The notes under the pieces: model-generated | Seen by the model: only the letters and a program-made list of their open reading frames with translations | The model's database searches: none | What the model was told of the DNA's origin: nothing | Origin: Lytechinus pictus | Taxonomy: Eukaryota | Direction: 5' to 3' | NCBI RefSeq assembly: GCF_037042905.1 | Contig: NC_087251.1 | Location: 12,836,001-12,900,000 of the forward strand | DNA: 64,000 nucleotides | Made by a program: the position numbers and the translations under genes | Shown: piece after piece, positions 25,101 through 37,911 of the stretch | Numbering within the stretch: the stretch's first letter is position 1 | How the letters are laid out: every line of letters begins with the position of its first letter

Positions 25101-25990
25101 CTTCGGGGTCTCCAAAAGATATATATTTTAACAAAGTTAAAATATGGATTGAGGTGGGGTACATTCGTCATGATTCATGTGCCAGAGCTTCATTAAAGCA
25201 GTAACCTGCAAAGCAATGTCTCCTGTAAATTTTTCAAGAAAAACAAATTAGAAACAAATAAAACAAAATTAATAGTGTTTTACCGATACCGAAATGCATT
25301 TTGCCCGTATATACCATAGATTACGGTGTGGCAGACACACCAACAAAAGCGATACGAGAAGCCGATGGAAGCTATTGTGTTGAGATTGTGTTATCTCGAA
25401 TGACATACCATTGATCGCTTTATTGTCCGATTCGTGAGTGTGACTGTGACATAGAGGTTGTTTTGGTCTCGTTTTAGCGCAATATCACGTCATACATTTT
25501 GACATATTTGCCCTCTTTCTAAGCAAATTAAGACACTAATACTGTCATGAAGCATATCGATGTTTTCGCTAATATATTCTCTTTCATGTAGAATGTTGAC
25601 ATTGTGTATTAATTGCTGTTATTAAAACAGTTCAGGATTCATGAAAAAATACTTTGTTTTAAATTATAATTTGCATAATTTATGTAAATTAGGTAATAAT
25701 AAACAAGGATATCCCAATTATTTTATGACAATTTTCTTCCCTTTCTTACCCTAAGTCTTTATTTCCAATTTTAGGGCAGTTCTGGTTAGAAATATATTCT
25801 GAAATACTTGTTTTTACTATATCGACATAATATGCAAATTTATGCAAATTACTTGCTTATTTGCATAGATACAGCGAGTCTCTTTGGATGAATCCTTTTC
25901 TTGTGACTCAAGGAACATTTGTGCCAAGTGGGACATTTGTACTAAAAAATGCAGCGTTCACCCCTTTTTTTGCAGTTAACAAGTCTACTA
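22147..25990. mobile_element. 3844-bp foldback non-autonomous DNA transposon (Academ-type TAG...CTA ends, 3-bp ATT TSD)
   Basis: Arm 22147-23963 is the reverse complement of 24200-25990 with scattered mismatches; 236-bp spacer. ATT at 22144-22146 and 25991-25993. Confidence 0.92.
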
Positions 25991-28900
25991 ATTGCACCCA
26001 TGACTTCTCTGGACTTGTCAGCTTCTCACTTGTATTTTGATAAGTGAGCATGTCACATACTTTGCTTTGGTTGACTGGATCTACTGCATGTTTTACCAAT
26101 TCATGGTAGACATATCCACATGGGTATGGACGGCTTCTTGAATAACAGCTTTATGCTGAATTTCCTTTAGCTTGCATGGCATTTTGTATTCTTCTAAGAG
26201 AAACTCCTGCAATTTCTTGTTTTTCTTTGCTGTACGTAGTTTTATCTTCTTAGACACGGTGGAAGAAAACTTATTTATTATGTTGCCAATTCCTGGCCCA
26301 TCCTGTTCAGAAATGCCCATCATCCTACAAATCCAGTTATGGGTATCTTTCCAGGTATGCTGGTTCATGGTCCGATATTTGTTAAGTTCACAAATCATCG
26401 CATTTGTAATCTTGATGCCTTTGAGATCATCTGAATCACGTTGACCATTCAGCCATCTTCTTGTTATCCCAGCAGCCTTACAAACTGGGCCAATGATTTC
26501 AGCTGTGGTAACAAGGGGACAAACATCATCTAATTTGCTGACTTTCTTATTCCTAATTTTTCTGACAAAGTTTCCCCAATTCTTCAATTCATAGCTTGGT
26601 GTCATCATCTTCAAAATGGCTGAAATCCTTTCTCCGAGAGGGAGGCTTTGCTGCTCAACTTCATTGATGATTTCCAAGAACACCCTAAAAGATGCCCCAC
26701 TTGCATCAGGTGCCCAATGATCTGCCAACAAGAAAATCAATGAGAAGAAAACATGAAATTATTTAGGGAGAAACACAATTGCCAATTTTAATGTTTGTTT
26801 TTCTTAAGAAATGTATTATAGTATACAAAGAATAATAATGATGTGTGTGTGTGTTGAAAAATTAATAAAAATAAAACATGATTCTCTTGTAATGTATTGT
26901 GTTTGTGTTAGAAAAAATATTTTTATCTTCATCTGTATAGAATAGATTTATGAGGAAAATAAAGTGATAAAGTACATGTAATTTTGAAATTCTTCATAGA
27001 TTCATAACCAATCAATAATATTTAATGCCTACATGGGAGCTTGAGTTCAGTCACAAGCTGCATAATATCATTCAAAGACCACATGATGTCAGGATTTGAA
27101 GATGATCAGTAAGGAATGCTAAGCTTGAACTACATGTACAGAGTACAGTTGATTTCAACATCTGGCATATATAAATAACAATTCAAATATAAGAAGTTGT
27201 AATATGTACCGGTAATGGCAAAAAAAAAGTCTGGCAAAAGTCCATAAAAACCGACAATTTTTCACTATTATATCGGCAGGATAACATTTTATAAGAAAGA
27301 GATATATATACAATTACTAATAAATTACTTCAGGTATTATTTGTATCTCATTTCCCTTGAAATAACATAGTATTAATAATATTATTTTGTGCACTCTTCA
27401 TTGTGTCATGGCATGCTATAAAATAAGAGGGAACGTGTACGCTAAATGAAAGAGCCCCATTCCCGGAAATTCAATGGAAATTTCCACGAGCGCGCACGTG
27501 GCCCATCGGCGAGACGATAACATCACGCTGTTCCTTTTTTCGCGCTTCACCCCTACGAAACCTTTACACACACTATCCACAAATCACCATCTTTTTTCAA
27601 TGATAAATAGCAAATTATAAAATGAATTATAGAATTTTAAATCATAAAAAACTTACTTGGAACATTTGTAGTAGACAATTGTCATTATCATCCTTTTGTT
27701 CTTGGTGTACTTCATCTTTTGCTGGTGTGGTAAAAGTTGCTGCTCTCTTTGCAGCGGGGTTCACACATGGAGAAACAAAAGTCCTTTTCTTTCTTTCATT
27801 TTTTTTCGAACACCTCTTGTTTCTTCTGGTTTGACGCATTAATTTTGATTTACAAGATCCACAAATAAAACAATAATGTTGTCCCTATGAAAAAACTTCC
27901 ACACAGTTCTCGGACTAGTAAAAGAAGATAATCTGTATTTATAGCACACTCTAGTGTGCCCAAAATACTCATTACAGATTACACATTGCTTCTGGCTTTC
28001 CGCCATTCTTAGTTTCTGCTTTAAGGAGACTCTGCATCTGAGCTTCACTTGCAGCAGATCTCAAAAGACCCCACTGAGCATAAAAGAAGGGAATTCCCCT
28101 AGCTCTACGTCATGAATATTCATTTATTTTGATTGAATCGTGTTTTCTTTGCACACGCGCCCTAGCCTTGAGCTCCCTGGGTTAAGATGTATGTTACGAT
28201 TTTATGATCGCTGTACGAGCGTCTGATATCCCTAGTATTACTGGAAGCAGTGGACCTGCCAACGCCAAAGAGTAGGCCAATGCTTCGATATGTATTTGGG
28301 GTAGCCAGTCTCCAAATTGTGATGGCTAACTTACTGCTTCTCTACATCGCTAGTGTGGGCACCTCTGTTCAGTTTTTTTTCTCTCTTTACTCATCCAGAA
28401 AGTTGAATGTCCTCTCAAAATTCTGAAATGTTCTTTTCTCTCGACTTCAGAGAAGGGTGTACGGGCGTGCTCCCACCAAACTCCAGTTCGATTCTAGCTA
28501 TAAACGTTGGAGTAGCGCTAGGTTTAAGCGCTGGCATTAAGAATCATCAAGGACAAAGTGGAAGTGATTTTGCCACAATAATACAGGTCACTTTGTCATT
28601 GATGAAGACGTCTTGCTAGACGATGTCCCCAAGATATCGATGCCGAATCTTCACTAGAAATAGGTCTCCCACTTATAGTTCCACTTCCCAAATCTAGCAT
28701 GAACACCATAACAATTGAGCTGACAATAAAAAAATCACCAATCACCAAACATCTCATTCTTTCCTCAAGTTAACTTAATACCTCAAACCTAGCTGTATGT
28801 TTAATAGAACATAAAAGCTTGGTGAAAAAACAACAACTAACAAAACTGTTTCTGTCACTGGCCACCTTCGCAGGGAATTTCTCAAAGAGTCTCTTCTATT

Positions 28901-29009
28901 ATTATTCTGGGTTGAAATCAAATTCTAAATGAAATAGTTAATCAAATGGGAGAGAGGTAAACATATGTATGACCAAACTTCCATCTCATCTTTTCCACCG
29001 CCATGTTAC

Positions 29010-29160
29010 TTTGAAGCAAATTTTCCTGGGTGCTTGAGGCAGAGGTAATGTAGGTGTAGCCAACTGCCAGATATCACACTGTAATTTTGGTCTCTAATTT
29101 CTATTCAGACAAGTAAGCATGTGGTTTGTTGACAGAAACTACTGCATGCTTGAGAAAAAG
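29010..29160 (-). pseudogene. Third, highly decayed PHD-like remnant related to the 21.8-kb repeats
   Basis: QCDI-GSWLHLH..LKHPG across a frameshift; shares taag..agcatgt and tactgcatg motifs with the 21.9-kb copy. Confidence 0.4.
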
Positions 29161-29450
29161 AAGTCCAACAATACTCGTATTTGATCTTGATCTCTGTTTT
29201 TTTGTTTTTGTTTTTTTCATCATTGCTGCAAACATCTAATAGTAATTATTTTATCTTAAGGTTCAGAAACTTTCCCGCAAATTACTGCTTCTACTTTCCA
29301 GGTAACTTTGTACATTTCTTTTAAACACAAAAACCATAAAAGCAAAATACTGGTAGATTTATGAAAGTAGTATGCTTAGCAATGTAAAAACAGCTTGACT
29401 TCAATGCTTCCCTAGGGGATGGAGAATGTGAATACTGTGTGTTTGCTAAC

Positions 29451-29597
29451 ACCTCAGTCACATTTGCCCTACGGTGAGTCAAAAGCAGCCGCTTTAACAT
29501 TTTTGTACCAGCTACATATAGGTGGTTTCAATAAAAATGAATAAAACTGCTGTTTCTACTTGCTGTACAGCTTTTATAGAGCAAATGTGACTGAGGT
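29451..29597. mobile_element. ~150-bp MITE, family A copy 1
   Basis: TIR acctcagtcacatttgc / gcaaatgtgactgaggt; homologous to 32680-32840. Confidence 0.8.
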
Positions 29598-30539
29598 ATC
29601 ACTCTTGGCAAGCATGTATTTAATGACTGATTGAATGATACAGTTTAAACATTGTTAATAGCTATAAAAAAAAACTACTGAAATCCTTGCTCCTGATTGA
29701 CTAGAATCAAGTTGATCTGTAGAAATATGAAAAATGTCATTTTAGTAGGCTGTCATCCATTCAAGCCTCATGGCTCATGATTGAAGTCTTGTGTTCTCCT
29801 ACACTGCATCTTTTCTTTGATTAAAATACGATGACTATTATGATGTGTTTTATATCATGGTTATTTCAGGTATCCTACAACATATTTTGTCAGCATTTGC
29901 TATGTGATATACAACAAAAAATATATATGCTTGGTGTAATTTAACTGGAGTACAGTATAAAACAAAAACAAACTAAAAATGCTCTTAAGGTCCCAGTTTT
30001 TTTATTTTTTTACCAATTATATGTAACAGTAGCTGAATAACTTTATTTTCATTTAACCTGATGCTTTTACTTCATTTGCTAATATGTGAAAATCGGTTTT
30101 GGGTAACGGGACCCTGTCATCTTTTAGACTGACATTCATCAAGTATAACGACTTGTAATAACCTGATGCCCATAAATTTCAAATATGATGGTGATCATTC
30201 AATTATAGAACCCATTATGAAATGAGTACATTAATTGCGCATCATCATGGTTGTCATGTCATGTTTTGATGATATTATGTCTGGTGACATTGGATATGTC
30301 GATCCAATTCTTTGATGGATTCATGTTTGTCCATGAATATAGAAATGAATAAATAAATGTATTTTATATCTTGATATACAGTAAGGCTTTGACTGAAATA
30401 TGTGTATATGGACTTTGCAGAAAAATTATTTTGAATTTTGAAGGAAACTCATACTATCTGTTTGTTTCAGATATGATTGTATTTATGTAATTAATTTAAC
30501 CAAATGAGAAGCAATTAAGAGAGTATTAACAAGTATTAC

Positions 30540-30793
30540 AGGCTGTCACACCTGTATGATTTAACCAGGTGCTGATGTACTTATGTCAAGCTGTTTTATC
30601 CTATAATCGTATTTCTTGATATCAATATTGAAATTTTTAGGTATTAAAGATGTCATTCATTAACTATACTAAATGATTTTCTGATGTATCAATATTTGAA
30701 TTCTTGATATTAAGGAATATAAATAAATGATGCAATGGGCTTGCCATACTTGGATCAGCATATGCTGGTTTAATCACCCAGGTGTGACAGCCT
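30540..30793. mobile_element. ~250-bp MITE with 15-bp TIR
   Basis: aggctgtcacacctg ... caggtgtgacagcct. Confidence 0.7.
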
Positions 30794-30797
30794 TTAA

Positions 30798-31398
30798 AGG
30801 TCAAGTCCACCCCAGGAAAATGTTGATTTGAATAAATAGAGAAAAATCAAACCAGCATATTGCTGAAAATTTCATCAAAATCGGATGTGAAATAAGAAAG
30901 TTATGACATTTTAAAGTTTCACTTATTTTTCACAAAACAGTGATATGCACCACTCAGTGACATGCAAATGAGTCAGTCGATGATGTCCATCACTCACTAT
31001 TTCTTTTGCTTTTTATTGTTTAAATTATACATTATTTCATTTTTTACAGATTTAACAATAAGGACCAACTTGACTGCACCATATGGTATTGAACAATGCT
31101 AATTCCACATGTTCAGGGAGGAATCATTGTTGTTTCACTTGACAATGAGGAGAAAATTAGAATATTTCATAATTCATATAATAAAATACAAAGGAAATAG
31201 TGAGTGGATGAAGTCATCAGTTTCCTCATTTGCATACCAGCCAGTATGTGCATATAACTGTTTTGTGAAATCAAGATAAACTTTAAAATGTCATAACTTT
31301 CTTATTTCACATCCGATTTTAATGAAATTTTCAGTGTTATGCTTGTTGGATTTTTCTCTTTTATTCAAATCAACTTTTTGTTGGGGTGGACTTGTCCT
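30798..31398. mobile_element. Kolobok-type palindromic MITE (TTAA TSD), family B copy 1
   Basis: TTAA-aggtcaagtccacccc ... ggggtggacttgtcct-TTAA; long imperfect inverted arms; second copy at 44041-44641. Confidence 0.88.
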
Positions 31399-32049
31399 TT
31401 AAGTAAACCTTTAGTAATGTCCTCCATTGAAGTCCATCTACTGAATAATTTCATGTACCTCCATTTCCATTTGAAAGACTTGATAGGAAATAATGTAGAT
31501 AGTGATTACTGGATCTTCAGTGAGGTCCATTATTTCAGATTCGTTTAGCATTTTTTTGGGGGGATAAATTATGCAGATAATGTGCCTTATTTGTAATATT
31601 TTCTTCAAAGTTTACCTCTATTCATTCAAAGTTTTTTTGGTTTGTGTAATATTTCCAAGCTGTTTTTAGTACCCACTTGGAAGCAAAAAAATTAAGTTTA
31701 TTGAACCCTTTGATAATCAGTGCAAAGTACATGTATATGGATGCCATGAAAATGTACAAATATTAAAATGTGTTTAAAATGTTCTTATAAAAAAAATTAG
31801 AGTTTTCAACAAGCACATCATCAATCTTAGAAGTGGGTTGGAATTACATTAATTTATGAAACTTGAAATCTATTTTGCAAAAGACGAAGCCAGGAGTTGT
31901 TAATTATCTTGTGTTATACATTAATCTTGACTTATAATAAGTCAGTTGCAATAGAAAAATTCAATCGTAGTACAACAATGTTGAATCACTCAATGTCAAC
32001 TTCCTTTTGTACTTGCTTTTTTGAGTGAGATGACAGATGTCAGGTGAAT

Positions 32050-32530
32050 TATATAAGAGGGGAAGAAATGAAAGACAGGAAGAGGTATTGAAGAGAGAAG
32101 TTAAGAAAGAGAGAGAGAGGGGGAGAGGGAGAAACAAAGAAAATAGAGAGGGAATAGGGGACAGTCAGGCAGAGAGGGGAAGAGGGAAAATGAGAGATTA
32201 AAAGATTCAGAAATAGAGGAGATAGTAAAAGAGGAGATAGTAAAAGAGGAATAAATAGAGGAGAGAGGTAAATAGGAAGAAACTAGAGAAGAGATTAATA
32301 AGAAATGGAGAGATTGAAAGTGGAGGAAATAGAGGAGAGAGTGAAAGGAAGAGATAGAGAAGAGACTGACGAGGAAGAAATGGAGGAGAGGTTAAAGAGC
32401 GGACAGAAAATTAATGAAATGGAAAGAGGAAATGAAAATGATGGGAGAAAAAGACAGGAGAGAACACAAAAAAGATGAAAGACAGAAAGAGCCTGATAGT
32501 CAGAATGATGGAGAATAAACAGGATAGATT
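32050..32530 (+). repeat. GA-rich low-complexity polypurine tract
   Basis: Almost entirely A/G with recurring aatagagga. A CT-rich counterpart lies at ~33775-33960. Confidence 0.85.
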
Positions 32531-32679
32531 AAAATATATATGAAACAGAAACTAGTTGAAAAACATGCACCCATTAAAAAGAGAAAATATTGTCAAAGTA
32601 AACATTTGGGGTGTGAACATCCTGGTTACTATCTGTGATATCCTGTCTTCTCTGGCATTTCTTCCGCAACAAGCTTTAT

Positions 32680-32840
32680 ACTTTCAGTCACATTTGCTCT
32701 ACGGTGGCCATACGGCAAGTCGAAAACAGCCGTTTTAACATTTTTTGTACCAGCTACATATCGATGGTTTGAGTAAAAATGAATAAAACGGCTGTTTTCG
32801 ACTCGCTGTACGGCCGCCATAGAGCAAATGTGGCTGAGGT
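32680..32840. mobile_element. ~160-bp MITE, family A copy 2
   Basis: tcagtcacatttgctctacgg ... catagagcaaatgtggctgaggt. Confidence 0.8.
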
Positions 32841-33261
32841 ATTACTTTGCAATATTTGTCACTTTTTGATTGGGTAAATGTGAATCCATTGAGTTCATTG
32901 TGATATTATTAGCAGCATTTAGACTGGATAATGTTTTATTTCTGTCAAGATAAATCCCCTTTTATAGGTTTTTCTTTAGGTTTCAAGTTAAATCTGTTTA
33001 AACATGTTAAAGGCATCAAAGCATTATAAAAAGTTATTTCCACAGGAAGAGGGGAAGGAACTACATCATAAAATGAGAGATTGTGACGAAATGGAGCAGA
33101 CTAAGACAACGTTCTCATTATGCTTTCTTAAACTAGTTTACTGGAAACCGATTCAGGAAATTTATAATAAGACCATCTATTTATAATCAATATATTTCTC
33201 CTTAAAGATTTAACATGAATTTCTTTTTAATTCACAAAAAAATGTATATCTATATGAGTAA

Positions 33262-33734
33262 GACACCGTTCTCATTTTACTTTCTAAAACTGGTTTACTG
33301 GAAAGCGGTTCAGGAAACCAGTTTGGAAGATCGCTTTGCTAGCGTTCTCATTTGATCACCTGAAAGTGGTTTTCAAAACCACTTCACTTATAAAAGCCGT
33401 CTTGTTGCTATGGGATGGGAACACTCTCAGTGGGTGACACGTTTCGCTCAAAATTCGAAACCACAGCATAAGCATTCTACACCTGTCGTGTGGAGTAGTG
33501 CGCTCAATATGTGCAAAGATCGCTTCCCACAGAACAGTTGTGTCCTCACTTACGCTAAAACCAGTTTAACGAGGCAAAGCGATCTTGAAAACTACATCGA
33601 GAAGGTGGTTTCCTGAACCGGTGTGGAAGATCGCTTCCAAGATCACTTCGACCATTCTCACTACACAATTAAACTAGTGTCCACAAAACTATTTTCCAGT
33701 AAACTAGTTTTAGGAAGGTAGTGAGAACAGTGTC
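33262..33734. mobile_element. PIF/Harbinger-type MITE (TAA TSD)
   Basis: TAA-gacaccgttctca..ctaaaactggtttactggaaa ... tttccagtaaactagttttagga..tgagaacagtgtc-TAA. Truncated left-end copy at ~33102-33160. Confidence 0.8.
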
Positions 33735-33991
33735 TAAAACTAGAACTGCCACCAAACTCCATCTAAAAGTATTCCCTCTTTTCATCTTCTCATTCTCTCT
33801 CTCTCTCTCTTATCCCTTCTCTCAGTCATCCTCAATACTTGTTTTCTCTCCTCTTACCCAGCCCCTGTCTCTCCTCTACCCCACCTCCTTCACCTCAGTT
33901 TCTCTACTTCTCTTGCCTCAATCTATCACAATTTCTCATCGCCTTCTCACACTCTCTCTTGTAACATACATAGCTTTTCCCTCTGGTAGAT

Positions 33992-34019
33992 CATGGACCT
34001 ATTACGTAATAGGTCCATG
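33992..34019. mobile_element. 28-bp perfect palindrome with 7-bp TSD (P-element-like remnant)
   Basis: ggtagat-CATGGACCTATTACGTAATAGGTCCATG-ggtagat. Confidence 0.8.
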
Positions 34020-35143
34020 GGTAGATCAATTCTCCCTCCTTATCCATTTTCAAATGTCTTCCACAGTAAAATACAAAAAATAAATAAAAATTGGCAAACA
34101 CAATAACTGCTATGCATTTAGCAATTTAATCATTCCGTTTAGTACATGTTATATGCTTTGATTGACAATGCTTACCGTAATATGGCCAAGTGTTGTTCTT
34201 AAGCAAATCAAAAATATATATAGTAGAATATAAATACATTTTGATTGATTGCTACTATTATTTACAAATTTCAGATGACATAACAATCAATATATAAATC
34301 ACAGCTGAATGAATATTTGGTGAAAGTTGGAGAAAAAGACAGATACAACTAAAATAAAATAGTCTTCACTACATGTACATATTGATGATTGAGTGGCACA
34401 CAAACAAGTTGCAAAGGATGCGAATGTCATAAAAATTGACAAATCCAACTTCAAAATCAATGCCAAACGGCTCACTGAACATATTGCAGGGGTTGGGTGG
34501 GGGTGAGTAGTCTACATGCACAGGCCTTGACACTTTAATCAACCAGTGGGTCTTGTGACAAGTCCAGCACGATTACACTTGATATGCACAAGAGGCCTTC
34601 AATGAGCAAGCCCCAATTAGAGCCTCTCAGTTGCAAATTTAGACCACTTTCCCCAAGCGAAAGGGTTTATGCAACAAACTTTGAGTTCGAAGCATCACCC
34701 ATTTTAGTTCATCAGAATCTTTAAAAAATGTTAGAAATTTTGGTGAACGGTTCTCATACTTAACAAGCTCAGAACCCTCTCCCAAGTTTGTTAAGTGAAC
34801 TTTCAAAGTATACATTCTTTCAATATTCACATCCCTCACAAAACATTCATGTGCCCTTGAAAATCATGTTCAAAGGGCAAGTAATATTACTATAACAAAG
34901 AAAAAAATACAATTGATCATTGATTCTTGACAGAATCAAGTCATTTCAAATTGAAATTACATATTTGTTTACTCTAAATTTAGGGGATAATCTACCCCCC
35001 CAAAAAAAAAAATGTCTCAATTGAGATGTCTTAATAAGAAACAGGTCTACTGTATCATCACTGTAGACAGCAGCTATTTTATATGGACAGTCAGATTGTC
35101 ACTTTATATATAAATACAGACCATCATAGACAGTTACATGTAG

Positions 35144-35186
35144 CATGGACCTATTACGAATAGGAATCATGCATAATAGGTCCATG
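35144..35186. mobile_element. 43-bp remnant with the same termini and a different 7-bp TSD
   Basis: catgtag-CATGGACCTATTA...TAATAGGTCCATG-catgtag. Confidence 0.8.
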
Positions 35187-37911
35187 CATGTAGCCAGGCA
35201 AGTCTGCTATTTACTAACTGCTAAAAGAAGAAAATTTAAGAATAAAATGAAACATTGCTCAAATATCACAATCCATCTTGACAATATTTTGCCATAGATG
35301 TACAAAATCCTTGCTTCAAAACTAAGGTACACCAATCATGTCTGGTCTCTACATGTTTCATTTGCAGTCAAACCATTTCTATGTTTTACAGAGCAGAATA
35401 TTAAAATATTACATAATTGGTATGATCTTCTGACACCATCGGCTTTTTATAATACATAAGTACATAAGCCTATGTTTGGCATTTATAAATGTTTTATAAA
35501 TGATTCACTCAACAAAACAAATCTTAATTGCTCCAACTTAACATCATTCACATCCAAATTTTATTTTGACTGTCTTGCATGTGTCCCTTTAGAGAGATTG
35601 ATTCATCAGAAGTACACATACCTGGGGGTGAGATCATATGCTCTTATTTCAAGAGAGGATAATACCATACTAAATTAAAAGCTGCTTGCATACTATGAGT
35701 ATAAGTGCACAATGGATATATGAAGGGACTATTAATATTGACCATCTGTTTCTATAGAGATTAAGTACAGGTCGGTGTTTGGAATACATTACACGTTGAC
35801 TGTAAAATCTAGTGTTTTAAAGAACACCACTCAGTTTTCTGTGAGAACCACAACCATGAGTGTTAGAAATACACCATGGATTTAAATACTTATAACATCA
35901 AATAGTGTAAAAATAATCAAGAAGGAAAGGTATATATCGAAATTTTTAACATGCAACATTCAGTTTATATTTACACGTATAACAAAATCAATGTTTTCCT
36001 TGCATCACATTTATCCTTTCATGCAGCAGCAGTATCAAATTGGCAATATTCTACATCTTACATGGCAATACACCCAACACCCAAATACCTCTATTGTGAG
36101 ATTTTGAATATCATTTTATCACACATTAGATTGGGGCAACTAGCAAGACTAAATTACAGAATAAAATTTAAAAAATTCAAGCATACATCCATGACATGTT
36201 CATGGTGCATTATTGTGAAGAAGAATCTTTCATAATGCTGACATGAACAAATACAATTAATGAATTTACTTTCATATAACAGAATAAAAAGGACTTAAAT
36301 TATATTAAGATAACATTACAGATACGCATCACTGATGTTATTCAAGATATAACTTTTAAAAATAAGACAAATAAAAGGTGATGAAACATGTTGATCAATG
36401 CAGAACAAGGTGATGAGCTAATAAACAAAATAATAATGCTGATCTTAAGTATAGTAAATCACATACTCCAGCATGCCACTTACCACTGATGAAAAATGTA
36501 GGGTAATAATCTTTAAGGTCCTTTAAAGCCTGGTAAAGAGACAGTAAGTGTGAATTACATGTATACTCCGGTATCATTATCTAACATTGAAATTGTGTTG
36601 TGGAAATTGAATCTTTTTTTATCTGTTGATTCATTATGAAAATTTAAAGTTTGAATTTGAGGACATCTACACTACCAGTCACAATTCTTTGACTCACTAG
36701 TGCCCTCATTCGATGTATTTATTTTAATTTTTGAAAGGGACTCTGCACATTAATCGTACAAATTTTAGTGATTGAGCGTTAGAAAGTTGAAGGCAAAGAT
36801 CCTCTGCATCGTTTAGGGCTTACATATAATCAAGTATTGGATTTGAATAGTGACAGACAGTTTTTTTTTTTTTGGGGGGGGGGGTTGCCATGCTTTAACC
36901 AACATTGCACTTTCTAAGCCTGCAAATATGTTGCAAAAAGGTAGGAATCCCTATTGTAGCATCCCTGATTATGAATGTACAACATGTGTATTATAATGTC
37001 AAAGCCTTGGAATATTGTAAACAATAGAACAAAGTTATTAGATTAAGAACTTAGTTTCTCTTGCATTAAATTATAAACTTGGCATAGTTTGATATTTCCT
37101 GTCATTTGATGAAACAATGGGTACAGATGAAACAGTGCCAAACAAAATCTCTGTTTCTTTCTCATGTCAATTTCATAACTGTATACTGCACTTTACTGTA
37201 AGTACTGTATCAGGAATCTAATAAACAAAGACATGTTTGAATTAATATCATTACCAGTGAGTTCTGTAGTGGAACAAGGACAACTTTTAAAAAAAATCCA
37301 ACATAGGAAAGTGGTGTGGCGGTCCTGCTAGTCCAACTCTCTTGTAGAAACTTCCTCAGAAGAATGCTACCAGTATTTGCTTGTTGGTAGTGCGAGAAAC
37401 TAGTGGTTCCCCTCAATTTTGAATTTACACTATTAAGTTTCCATGGTGATATCATTATCCATGGTAATAAGAACAGGGTTCTCGAGGCCTTCAAATGAAC
37501 TAAAGATAATGCTTGGTGCTTGAAGTGAGAATACAAAGAAGGCAAATGGCCTTTCTGGGAGCACACTAGAGGTGCCACTATCACATCATTGTCCTTAGCA
37601 ATGAGAACAAGTGTTATAAACTACATAAAAGGCTTGTTGCTACATGTAGAAGTGAGAACGCCAATGACTCTCCTCAGTGAACGCTCAGTGCACCACTATC
37701 TTAGAAATCCCAGCATTACCCTTAGTAATGAGAACATGCTAATGAAGTCATACAAAATGTTATGCAATATCTATGCAAAACCTACTGCTAAATGCAAACA
37801 TACACTCAAGTTACTTATACATGTAAGTAGGAGTATTACGTAATGTAGGAGTATCATGTAATGTAAGAGTATCACATAATGTAGAGTGGGCAAAGGATTG
37901 TCAACTTTTAA

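Larger units (their letters stand above)
20700..28184 (-). mobile_element. Decayed AcademHP-like DNA transposon (PHD-finger repeats, transposase remnants, one intact terminus)
   Basis: Exon-like pieces at ~27656-28005 (donor gtaagt) and 26093-26720; duplicated WVQCDVCGxWMHLxCV..CSIC; MIPDYGDLHLLKNY and GENWDL near 21320-21400. Terminus gagctccctgggtta at 28170-28184. Left end not found. Confidence 0.6.
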
